Of a stretch of 39,080 nt of DNA, positions 31,373-39,080 are shown piece by piece (within the stretch, counting starts at the first letter, position 1; each line of letters begins with the position of its first letter). The position numbers were made by a program, and so were the translations under genes. The notes under the pieces are model-generated. The model ran no database searches and had not been told where the DNA came from. It worked only from the letters and a program-made list of their open reading frames with translations. The DNA is taken from positions 1-39,080 of IMG/VR virus record IMGVR_UViG_3300048611_000146. One strand, written 5' to 3'. The stretch is from a virus. Its lineage: Duplodnaviria > Caudoviricetes.

Positions 31373-32872
31373 GTGGCTGACCCCTTCACCCTGAAATTTC
31401 CGCCCGGCCTCGCAAGAACGGCCGGCGCGGATTATTTCGTGAAGGGGCGCTATTCCGACGCCCGCTTCATGCGCTTCGTGATCGAGGGCAAAATCCCGAT
31501 CATCCGGCCTATGAAGGGCTGGGACATCGCCGTCAGCGGCTTCATGGCCGGCAAGGCCCGCGCCGCTCATGCCTGGCTTGATGATGATGAGGCCCCGGTT
31601 GCTGCGATCGGGACAAGCAGCAACCTCTATGCGGTTGAGGGCTCATCCGTCCTGGACATTACGCCGGCAGGTTTCACGGCCGGCGGGCTGCATACAAGCA
31701 CCTGGACGCTGGATAGCTTCAGTGAGCTGGGCATTGCCTGCAACGACTCTGAGAAGATCATCTATGAGTACCAGCCCGGCGGCGGCGGGCCTGCTACCGC
31801 GCTGACAAACGCGCCCAGCGCCTCTGCAATCCTCACTACGGATCAGAAAATCCTGCTCGCGCTTGCCGCTGACGGGGATCCGAGAGCCTTTGCGTGGTGT
31901 GACCAGGAAGCCATCACAACCTGGACCCCGAGCGCGCTCAATCAGGCCGGTGACCTGCCAATCCATGCGGTCGGCGCACTTGTCTGCGGCACCAAGATCA
32001 CGGGCGGGGCGCTGCTGCACACGACTGAGGGCGCGCACCGTCTTGAGTACATCGGTCGCCCGGACGTTTATGACACCGAGCATATTTCAAACGGCTGCGG
32101 GATCATCGGCCGGCACGCGAGCAAGACCACGCCGCGCGGAACGTTCTGGATGGGTGACAACTCATTCCACGCCTACCGGGGGTTCATTGAGCCGATCCCA
32201 TGTGACGTCGGCGATGACGTGTTCAAGTATCTCAATCAGGACTACCGGCAGAAAGTGTGGACGCTGCACCTGCCGGAGTTTTATGAGGTGTGGTGGTTCT
32301 ACCCGCGTGACAGCGCGACTGAGTGCAGCCACGCGGTGATTTTCAACTACCTCAACGGGTTCTGGAATCACACTGAAATGCCGCGCCTCGCCGGCTTTGA
32401 CAAAGAGGTTTTCGGCTATCCGGTAGAGGTCACGTCCGAGGGCCGGCTCATGAAGCATGAGACCGGCTGGGATTATGACGAGACGGTTTTTCTTATGGCC
32501 GATGATGGCGTCACCTTCCTGACCGCTGATGATGGTGTGACGCGGCTGACGGCTGACCCTGGTGACGCGGCAGCGCCGCTCAGTCGCTATCTGAAATCCG
32601 GGCCGGTGGACTTCCGGGAGGGCGGCGTCCTCATCGACATTGACGAGTTTATCCCGGCGGAAGCCAACCAGGGGGATTGCGACACCTATTTCCACCTTGC
32701 GGACTATCCAAACTCCGCGGTGACCACGATAGGGCCTTACACAAGCGCGGATCGCGTCGGCGTGCTCCGTGAGGCCCGTCAGGTTGCAATCGAGTACCGC
32801 GCCGCCTCCGGCGTTGAGGACTTCCGCATCGAACCATGGCGCGTGATCGCAGGCGAAGGGAGTGAGCATTGA
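31373..32872 (+). CDS. Tail nozzle / DNA stabilization protein (P22 gp10-like)
   Basis: LKFPPG start, AWCDQE..TW, ISNGCG, FWMG and EVWWFYP give a beta-propeller-like pattern. GTG start at 31373. Confidence 0.72.
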   Translation: MADPFTLKFPPGLARTAGADYFVKGRYSDARFMRFVIEGKIPIIRPMKGWDIAVSGFMAGKARAAHAWLDDDEAPVAAIGTSSNLYAVEGSSVLDITPAGFTAGGLHTSTWTLDSFSELGIACNDSEKIIYEYQPGGGGPATALTNAPSASAILTTDQKILLALAADGDPRAFAWCDQEAITTWTPSALNQAGDLPIHAVGALVCGTKITGGALLHTTEGAHRLEYIGRPDVYDTEHISNGCGIIGRHASKTTPRGTFWMGDNSFHAYRGFIEPIPCDVGDDVFKYLNQDYRQKVWTLHLPEFYEVWWFYPRDSATECSHAVIFNYLNGFWNHTEMPRLAGFDKEVFGYPVEVTSEGRLMKHETGWDYDETVFLMADDGVTFLTADDGVTRLTADPGDAAAPLSRYLKSGPVDFREGGVLIDIDEFIPAEANQGDCDTYFHLADYPNSAVTTIGPYTSADRVGVLREARQVAIEYRAASGVEDFRIEPWRVIAGEGSEH

Positions 32873-34221
32873 ACACCGCCGCCGCGCCTGGGATCATCCA
32901 GCCGGGGGACCGGTATGACCGCGCCAATGAGATACAGTACCGGGAGGAAACCCGCCGGCGCCTCAAGCACACCTGGAAGCGCAACGCGGACCTCATCATC
33001 CCGCTCGGCCTGGCGCTCGGGTTCACGGCCCCGAACGGCAATGAATACCGGTTCAGCGTCGATGGGGCCGGCGCGCTCACCTACGGGATTCTAGGCTCAT
33101 CCCCGGTCGGGCTCGCCAGCATCACCTATGTTGACAGCGTTGAGGCGGGACTAGAGGGCTCGATTGCGTCCGCAGTCTCGACGCTGACGGCGGCCTACCA
33201 GGCGGCGGATTCAACGCTGCAGGCCAACATAAGCACGGAAGCGACGGCGCGGGCTGACGCGGACAGCGCGGAAGCGACGACGCGAGCGGCGGCGGATGCA
33301 ACGCTGACAACCGCGCTTGGCGTCACTAACGCCAACGTCACAACGAACACGTCCGCTATCGCCACCAACACGGGCGCAATTTCCTCGATCCAAACGGAGA
33401 TCACGGCCGCCCGGGAAGGGGAGACCAACCTCCTCGCGAAAATCAACGTGGTTGAGGCCGCGATTGTTTCCGGGGACTCGGCGCTGGCGTCCTCAATCAC
33501 CAGTCTGACCGCAACGGTCGGCGGCAACACATCGAACATCACGACCATTCAGACGGCGCTGGCCGGCGGGAGCGGTTCACTTGCGCTGCTGGCGTTTCAG
33601 GTAAACACAGGCACAAACGCGGCGGAGTTTAAGCTCATATCCGTCAGCGGCGGGACGTGGAACGGCTCCGCGATCAGCCTGACGGCGGATGAAATCACAC
33701 TCAACGGCAACGTCATCGTTAATGGAACCCTGACGGCCGGAAAGATCGTCAGCGCTGCGCTTGGGGCCGCTTCATATCACACCCCACAAGGGTCTGACTT
33801 AAGTACCTCGTTTGCTGAAAAGGCCACGGCGGACATCACCACAACCGGCGGAACGGTTGAGATCGACTTTTGCGTTACCCTGGTCGACGGCGGCGGCAGC
33901 ATCTGGGGGATGGGGACTGATGAGTATATTGAAATCGTCGCGCAACTTAAGCGCGGAGGCACAACAATCGTTGATGAGATTTTCCTAGGGCGCTGGGGCG
34001 CTGATGACCCAACCGGAAGCGGAGGCAAGGTCTTCACGTTCAAGCATCTTGATAACCCATCCTCGGGGTCATACACCTACAGCGTTGAAATGAAGAAGCA
34101 GAGTGGGAACGTAAGTTCCGGCAATGGCGACCCCCGCCTCTTTAATCCAAGAGCGTTTACGATTCGAGAAATCGTCTCCGGCCCAACTGGTATTGATGCG
34201 GACGTTGATCCCGGCGCCTAA
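32869..34221 (+). CDS. Tail needle/fiber protein with coiled coil and C-terminal beta domain
   Basis: Trimeric coiled-coil-like repeats (EATARADADSAEATTRAAADA), SAISLTADEITLNGNVIVNGTLTAGKI and a C-terminal beta sandwich (GSYTYSV). Confidence 0.7.
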   Translation: MNTAAAPGIIQPGDRYDRANEIQYREETRRRLKHTWKRNADLIIPLGLALGFTAPNGNEYRFSVDGAGALTYGILGSSPVGLASITYVDSVEAGLEGSIASAVSTLTAAYQAADSTLQANISTEATARADADSAEATTRAAADATLTTALGVTNANVTTNTSAIATNTGAISSIQTEITAAREGETNLLAKINVVEAAIVSGDSALASSITSLTATVGGNTSNITTIQTALAGGSGSLALLAFQVNTGTNAAEFKLISVSGGTWNGSAISLTADEITLNGNVIVNGTLTAGKIVSAALGAASYHTPQGSDLSTSFAEKATADITTTGGTVEIDFCVTLVDGGGSIWGMGTDEYIEIVAQLKRGGTTIVDEIFLGRWGADDPTGSGGKVFTFKHLDNPSSGSYTYSVEMKKQSGNVSSGNGDPRLFNPRAFTIREIVSGPTGIDADVDPGA

Positions 34222-34237
34222 AGTTTTTGAGGGTTCT

Positions 34238-34444
34238 ATGAAGCTGATAGCTCTGATCACAGCGTTTGCGCTGTGTGGGTGTTCAACCGTCACGCTCAAC
34301 GGGCAGGACATCACACGCGGCCTCACGTTCACCGCCATAGGCGCCGTCGCTATCGCCGCGCTGGCTGCTGATGATGATGGGGAGCACGTCTACGGCATTC
34401 CTGAGGACGGCTGCGCGGAATGCACGCTTGAACGCGCAGACTAG
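34238..34444 (+). CDS. Small lipoprotein (68 aa)
   Basis: GAGG RBS; MKLIALITAFALCGC lipobox, a second hydrophobic helix, and an acidic tail with CAEC. Confidence 0.65.
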   Translation: MKLIALITAFALCGCSTVTLNGQDITRGLTFTAIGAVAIAALAADDDGEHVYGIPEDGCAECTLERAD

Positions 34445-34731
34445 CCCGCGCCCTGCGGGCGCTGGGAAATCAGGATAGCCTGCTCAAGCGCGTCTCTCAG
34501 TTCCGCTGCGGCGGCAACACTCATGCGCAGGAAGCCGGTCGCCACGTAGTCAATGGAAGCCTCACCGCGGTTGAACAGCACGCGCTGCGCCGCGACGGTG
34601 ACATGCACAACGCCGTGCACCTGACCGAACACGGGAGCGCCATCGACATGAATGATGGGCGCCCCGTTCGGGTCAGAGACCACAAGCAACTCATCCAGGC
34701 GCTGGTCCGGGTGGAATTTCGCGACGGTCAT
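34441..34731 (-). CDS. Small antisense-oriented hypothetical protein
   Basis: AGGGGG RBS; 96 aa of beta strands then LRMSVAAAAELRDALEQAI. It fills the gap, and its stop shares CTAG with the lipoprotein stop. Confidence 0.68.
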   Translation of the reverse strand: MTVAKFHPDQRLDELLVVSDPNGAPIIHVDGAPVFGQVHGVVHVTVAAQRVLFNRGEASIDYVATGFLRMSVAAAAELRDALEQAILISQRPQGAG

Positions 34732-34776
34732 TGAAGCCCCCTAACCTTGAGAGGGCCGCTTATAGCAGGAGTCGCA

Positions 34777-35139
34777 ATGTCGGTCACCGCAGCAGCTCCG
34801 CCGCAGCTTTCCGCCTATGAGCATCTGCTGCTCCCGTCCTTTCAGTACAGCGACGGGAGCCTTGAGGAGGTCCGGGCGGATGTTGCATCCGGTCAGGCGT
34901 CATTCTGGCCCGGCCGGGAATCGGTTGCGATCACCCGGGAGAACGTCGACCCGGCCCGGGAAATGGTTCTCTGGCTCGTCGGCGGCAATCTCCGGGAGCT
35001 TATGCGGATGGAGCGCTCATGGGAGGCTCACGCGCGCTCACGCGGGCTTGACCGCATCGTCGCAGAGGTTGCGCGTCCAGGCTGGCAGCGCGTCCTCAGT
35101 CGCCTAGGGTATCGCGTTACAATGGTGAAGGACCTCTAG
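34777..35139 (+). CDS. GNAT-like virion assembly protein
   Basis: AGGAG RBS; LWLVGGNLRELMRM..WEAHARSRGLDRIVAEVARPGWQRVL..LGY. It precedes the ejection genes, as is typical in podoviruses. Confidence 0.62.
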   Translation: MSVTAAAPPQLSAYEHLLLPSFQYSDGSLEEVRADVASGQASFWPGRESVAITRENVDPAREMVLWLVGGNLRELMRMERSWEAHARSRGLDRIVAEVARPGWQRVLSRLGYRVTMVKDL

Positions 35140-35141
35140 CT

Positions 35142-36197
35142 ATGTGCTTCAGCAAGAAATCGAAGTCGTCACAGGAGACAAAAACCTCGCTCAGTCCGTG
35201 GTCACAGAATGAGTTCACCACGCAGAGGGATGACATCTTCAACTTCATCGACGACTTCAACACCAACCAGCCCTACAAGCCTTACACGGGGCAGATGGTG
35301 GCGGACCTCAGCGGCCGTGAGCAGCAGGCGCGGGACTACGCAAGCGCGAACCTCGGATCCACCACCGGCCTGTTCGGTGACGCTGAGGACCTGATCAGGA
35401 CCGGCGCCGGGATGGAATGGAACCCGGATGAGGTCGCTGGGCCGGAGCGCGTCGATTTTCGGACCTACAACCCTGGGGATGAGGACCGGTTCTATAACGA
35501 GTTCGAGGATGACGTGGTCAATTCGACCTCAGCCCTGTTCGATGAGGACCTCGGCCGCAAGCGCTCTGACCTTCAAAGTGAGAAGACCCTGCGCGGCAGC
35601 TATGGCGGCTCCCGTCACGGCATTGCGGATGCGGAGCTGATGCGGACCTCCGCAATGGACAAGGCAAGCCTGCTCGCGAACCTCAAATACCAGGGCCACA
35701 ACGACTCCCTTGACCGCTTCGAGCGTGAGAGCCAGGGCGTGTTCGGGGCGGACACGTTCAACGCGACGGGTGACTACAACGCCCGCAGGGACAACGCGGT
35801 CCGGCAGGATGACGCCTCCCGCTACAACATCGAGAACAAGTACACCGGCGCCGGGCTGCTGGATGACCTTGCCGGTGACAAGCAGGACAGCTGGATGCGT
35901 GAGGTTGACCTCATGGACCGCCTCGGCATGTCAGACCGCCAGATCGAGGACGCCAAGCTCCTGGCTGAAAGAGCGCAGTATGATGAAGCGGCGGCGGAGG
36001 AGTGGCGCCGGATGCAGCTTGAGCTGCAAACCCGCATCGGACTCCTCGGCGCAACGCCGATGCTCGTCAACTCGACCGGCACTAGCACGTCGAAAGTCAG
36101 TGACCCTATGGGCTCAATCACCGGCCTTCTAACGGGCATCGGCTCACTGGGAAGCGGAATCGGCGCCTTCGGCAGCCTCCTGAGGAAGGGAGAATAG
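35142..36197 (+). CDS. DNA ejection/pilot protein
   Basis: KKSKSSQETKT start, YTGQMVADLS, GSYGGSRHGIA and a Gly-rich hydrophobic C-terminus. Confidence 0.72.
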   Translation: MCFSKKSKSSQETKTSLSPWSQNEFTTQRDDIFNFIDDFNTNQPYKPYTGQMVADLSGREQQARDYASANLGSTTGLFGDAEDLIRTGAGMEWNPDEVAGPERVDFRTYNPGDEDRFYNEFEDDVVNSTSALFDEDLGRKRSDLQSEKTLRGSYGGSRHGIADAELMRTSAMDKASLLANLKYQGHNDSLDRFERESQGVFGADTFNATGDYNARRDNAVRQDDASRYNIENKYTGAGLLDDLAGDKQDSWMREVDLMDRLGMSDRQIEDAKLLAERAQYDEAAAEEWRRMQLELQTRIGLLGATPMLVNSTGTSTSKVSDPMGSITGLLTGIGSLGSGIGAFGSLLRKGE

Positions 36198-36200
36198 CAT

Positions 36201-37703
36201 ATGCCTGAGGGCCTGTTCAGTAACATGAAGCCCGCTCGCCGCCGCAAGCGCCGGGCGCTCACTCCTGAGGAGCAGGCGCTTGCTGAGCGCCAGGGGATCA
36301 CTCCTGATGAGCTTTTGCTTGACCGCGAGGAGTGGCAGGGCGCTCCGCCACACCAGGACGCAACAGCAACATCCGCCCTTCTGTCGGATGATGACCTGAC
36401 GGACAACTCAGGGCTGCTCACCGATGTGAAGCCGCAGAAGAAAAAAGGCGGCGCAAAATGGTATGACTATGTTGGACTTGCCGGCGCGACGCTTTCAGAA
36501 ATGGGCGGTCGCGACGGCTCCATTAATTCTTTCATGGACCGCTACAAAGGCCGCATGGATGAACAGGAATGGGAGGACGTGATCGGCGGCCTCGGCATCG
36601 ATGACCCGTTTGAGGCGGAGCTGGCGAAGACGGATAAGGCCGGCTACCTCGCGGCCCGGTTCGGAGACAAGAAAGAAAACGAACGCTACGCGCGCGGGCG
36701 CACGGACACGCTCAGCGACGTCAAGCAGCAGCGCGGCTATGATGTTGAGGACCGGGACCTCACGCTTGGTGAGACCAGGGCCGCGCGTGAGACGCAGCAG
36801 AGCCAGTTTGACAGCACGCTCAGCCAGGATGACAGGCAGTTCTGGGCGCAGCTCAAGCAGCAGATGACGGATAAGGCCGCTGAGCGTGCTGCAAAGTACA
36901 GCGGCGAGGCGGTGTTCGAGGGACCGCAGCTCGCGACCATCTACAACAAGAACCTTGAGTATTTGGATGAGCAGGAGACTGCTCTCAAAGACTTAGAGGA
37001 CGCTGCTGCGGAGTCGGCGGCCTTCCAGGCTACGGCCAGGGACTTCGGTTCGATCGGCTCAAGTACCGGTGATGCATTCGGCAGGTTCTGGAGCGGAATC
37101 ACGGGCGGCAAAATCAAAGAGCTTGAGCGTCATACCAAGGCGGTAGCCGCTAAAATGCGAGCCGGGTCCAAGGGCATTTGGACAGACGCTGACCAGATGA
37201 ACGCAGAAGCCTATGTCGTTAATGCAGAAAACCCGAGAGCGGCTAATGAATACGCGGCCAAGCTGGCGACCGCGCTGGCCGCAAGGAAGCGGGAGCAGGT
37301 GTCGCTTCTGAGGGAGGCCATTGACCCCCGAGACCCGACCTCACGTCAAACGGTTCAGGCGTATTGGGATGCATACGTGACGGCCAACCCGCTTTTTGAC
37401 CCGCGAACGAAACAGCCCCTCGACCCGGCATCGCTTCTGACTTTTGATCAATGGTTCGATGCGCAAGTCGGCATGATCGAGAATGAGCGGCCCGGCGCCG
37501 GTGGTGGTGGAGCTCCAGCCCCGACCGCAGATCAGTCAGCGGCGGCGGCGGATGAGCTGCTCAAGAACATCAAGGCGAACCCCGCCGCATTCCGGCAGGA
37601 GATCGAGGAATTTGACCGGGACTTCGGCCAACCCGGCGCCGCGCGGCAACTCATTGAGCAGCGCCTCGGCAAGGCCGCCGCTGATGCAATGTTCGGGAGG
37701 TAG
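36201..37703 (+). CDS. DNA ejection / internal virion protein
   Basis: 500-aa helical, charged protein with AAGGGAG RBS, lying between pilot-like and large ejection genes. Confidence 0.65.
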   Translation: MPEGLFSNMKPARRRKRRALTPEEQALAERQGITPDELLLDREEWQGAPPHQDATATSALLSDDDLTDNSGLLTDVKPQKKKGGAKWYDYVGLAGATLSEMGGRDGSINSFMDRYKGRMDEQEWEDVIGGLGIDDPFEAELAKTDKAGYLAARFGDKKENERYARGRTDTLSDVKQQRGYDVEDRDLTLGETRAARETQQSQFDSTLSQDDRQFWAQLKQQMTDKAAERAAKYSGEAVFEGPQLATIYNKNLEYLDEQETALKDLEDAAAESAAFQATARDFGSIGSSTGDAFGRFWSGITGGKIKELERHTKAVAAKMRAGSKGIWTDADQMNAEAYVVNAENPRAANEYAAKLATALAARKREQVSLLREAIDPRDPTSRQTVQAYWDAYVTANPLFDPRTKQPLDPASLLTFDQWFDAQVGMIENERPGAGGGGAPAPTADQSAAAADELLKNIKANPAAFRQEIEEFDRDFGQPGAARQLIEQRLGKAAADAMFGR

Positions 37704-37708
37704 TAGCT

Positions 37709-39080
37709 TTGGGCAAGTACGCTCAATTCGCGGTCCCTCCGGTGCAGACGGACCCGCCCCGGCAGGGCGGAAAATACCGCCGGTTTCTCGAGCCTCCGCC
37801 GCCGCTGACGATGGATCAGGAGGCGATTGCAAGTGCATGGGCGCAGGACAACGCGCTCATCCGCAAGCACTACGGTGAAAAGGCGGGGCAGTATGTCGGC
37901 CCGGCTGACACGCCGGAACAGGAGTGGGAGTCCGCCGTCAGCCGGGCAAAGGCGCACGGATGGAAACCGCCGGAGAAGTCCTCAATCGGGGACGCGCTGA
38001 TCACCGGCACAAATGACCTGACGTTCGGTTTCAGTGATGAGGTCGGCTCAGGCGCAGAGGCTGCGGCGTCCTTCCTCTACAACCTGCCTGGAAAGGGATT
38101 CAGCGGTGCGGCTAAGAAAGCCGGTGAAACTTTTGACAAGCAGATGGACTATAGCAACTACGCGATGGAGAGAGCGCGGCAGGACCGGCCGCTCACAACC
38201 CTTGCCCCGGTTGCTGGCGCTGTCCTGGCGGCGCCTCTGCTCGGCGCGCGCGCTGCGGTCGGATCAGCAACCACTACCGCGCCGGCCCGGGCTGCGCCCG
38301 CAACCTTCTGGGGGAAGGTCAGGAAGGGCGCTACTGACGTTGCCAAGATCGGCGCCGTTGGCGCGGGCGCCGGGGAGGTTGCAGGCGTCGGGGCCGCCCG
38401 CGGCAACCTGCCGGAGCGCATCAAGGAGGCCGGATGGGAGGCCCCGCTTTTCGGCGCCGGTGCGGGCTACCTGTTCGCGGGCGGCGGCAAGTTGCTGGGA
38501 TCCGCCATCAAGGGCGCGGATGACGCAATCCGCCCGATATTCATGGACCCGGGCAAGCGGGAGCTGTTTCAGCTTGAGCGCGCGATGCGCCGGGACAATG
38601 TCAGCATTGAAGACCTTCAGAGCGGCCTCTCCCGCGTGAAGCGCATGGGCGGGGACACGCTTGAAACGCTGGCGGAGATTGCAGCCTATTCCGGCAAGAG
38701 CCAGGGCACGAACCTGCGGCGGCTCTCCCGCGCGCTGGCGTCCGTTCCCGGCCGCGCAACGGAGCTTGCTGAGCAGCTGGTCGCAAAGCGCCGCGCCTCG
38801 ATCCACAAGGGCGCCTCAAAGGCCGTCGCGGCCGGCACTGGTAAAAAGGTCGATGACTACGCGGATGAAATCAGTGAGCTTGAGGCCAACCTAAAGCGCA
38901 CATCTGATGACGCCTATGACGCGTTCCGGGCGGCGACAATCCGGCCGGACATTTTCGAGCGGCAGATTGCGCCGATCCTTGCCTCCGATCCCGGCAAGGC
39001 TGCGATGACGGCGGCGGCCAAGGGCTTGCGGATGGATGCGGCGGCGGCGAAGGCGTCTCTTGATGACAACCTTGCAAAGC
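37709..39080 (+). CDS. N-terminal part of large DNA ejection protein (absent from the ORF track; continues at base 23)
   Basis: GGGAGG RBS and TTG at 37709. The frame is open to the window end (MGKYAQF...SIGDALITGTNDLTFGFSDEVGS...ASLDDNLAK) and in frame with 1-1167. Confidence 0.8.
   Translation, partial: MGKYAQFAVPPVQTDPPRQGGKYRRFLEPPPPLTMDQEAIASAWAQDNALIRKHYGEKAGQYVGPADTPEQEWESAVSRAKAHGWKPPEKSSIGDALITGTNDLTFGFSDEVGSGAEAAASFLYNLPGKGFSGAAKKAGETFDKQMDYSNYAMERARQDRPLTTLAPVAGAVLAAPLLGARAAVGSATTTAPARAAPATFWGKVRKGATDVAKIGAVGAGAGEVAGVGAARGNLPERIKEAGWEAPLFGAGAGYLFAGGGKLLGSAIKGADDAIRPIFMDPGKRELFQLERAMRRDNVSIEDLQSGLSRVKRMGGDTLETLAEIAAYSGKSQGTNLRRLSRALASVPGRATELAEQLVAKRRASIHKGASKAVAAGTGKKVDDYADEISELEANLKRTSDDAYDAFRAATIRPDIFERQIAPILASDPGKAAMTAAAKGLRMDAAAAKASLDDNLAK
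39059..39080. repeat. Terminal direct repeat, copy 2
   Basis: Identical to bases 1-22. Confidence 0.95.

Larger units (their letters stand above)
1..39080. mobile_element. Complete temperate podovirus-type bacteriophage genome (circular form, intact attP)
   Basis: Terminal overlap; full set of integration, immunity, replication, packaging, head, short-tail, ejection and lysis genes; no tape measure or sheath gene; no host flanks. Confidence 0.92.

Overview
The window reads as one complete, circularly permuted temperate phage genome. Bases 1-22 are repeated exactly at 39059-39080, so the unit length is about 39,058 bp, and one gene runs across the junction. The genome is GC-rich and has a P22/BPP-1-like podovirus layout. 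An Alphaproteobacterial host is inferred from the tRNA-Gly fragment and the promoter style. Modules in order: (1) DNA-ejection genes (35142-3387 across the junction); (2) an unusual late/lysis block with two membrane proteins, a lid-less Hsp70/DnaK homolog, a C-terminally membrane-anchored GH24 endolysin, overlapping spanins and small TM peptides; (3) attP carrying the 5' half of tRNA-Gly(CCC), a tyrosine integrase and a putative excisionase; (4) a leftward early operon with three tandem paralogs of an unrecognised family; (5) a cI/cro switch with 18-bp GGGGG-N6-CCCCC operators; (6) DnaB helicase and an HTH initiator containing palindromic iterons; (7) a NusG-like antiterminator followed by a hairpin-dense leader; (8) ParB-methyltransferase, TerS, TerL, portal, scaffold, major capsid, decoration protein, a GT2-like glycosyltransferase, adaptor, tail fiber, nozzle and needle. 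The most striking candidate system is the translationally coupled membrane protein + Hsp70 + endolysin cassette (3384-8249). Other highlights are the virion-module glycosyltransferase, the three-paralog array, the 5'-tRNA-type attP and tandem pseudoknot-like elements before the capsid gene. All protein calls come from motifs read by eye and from gene order; no database search was run.
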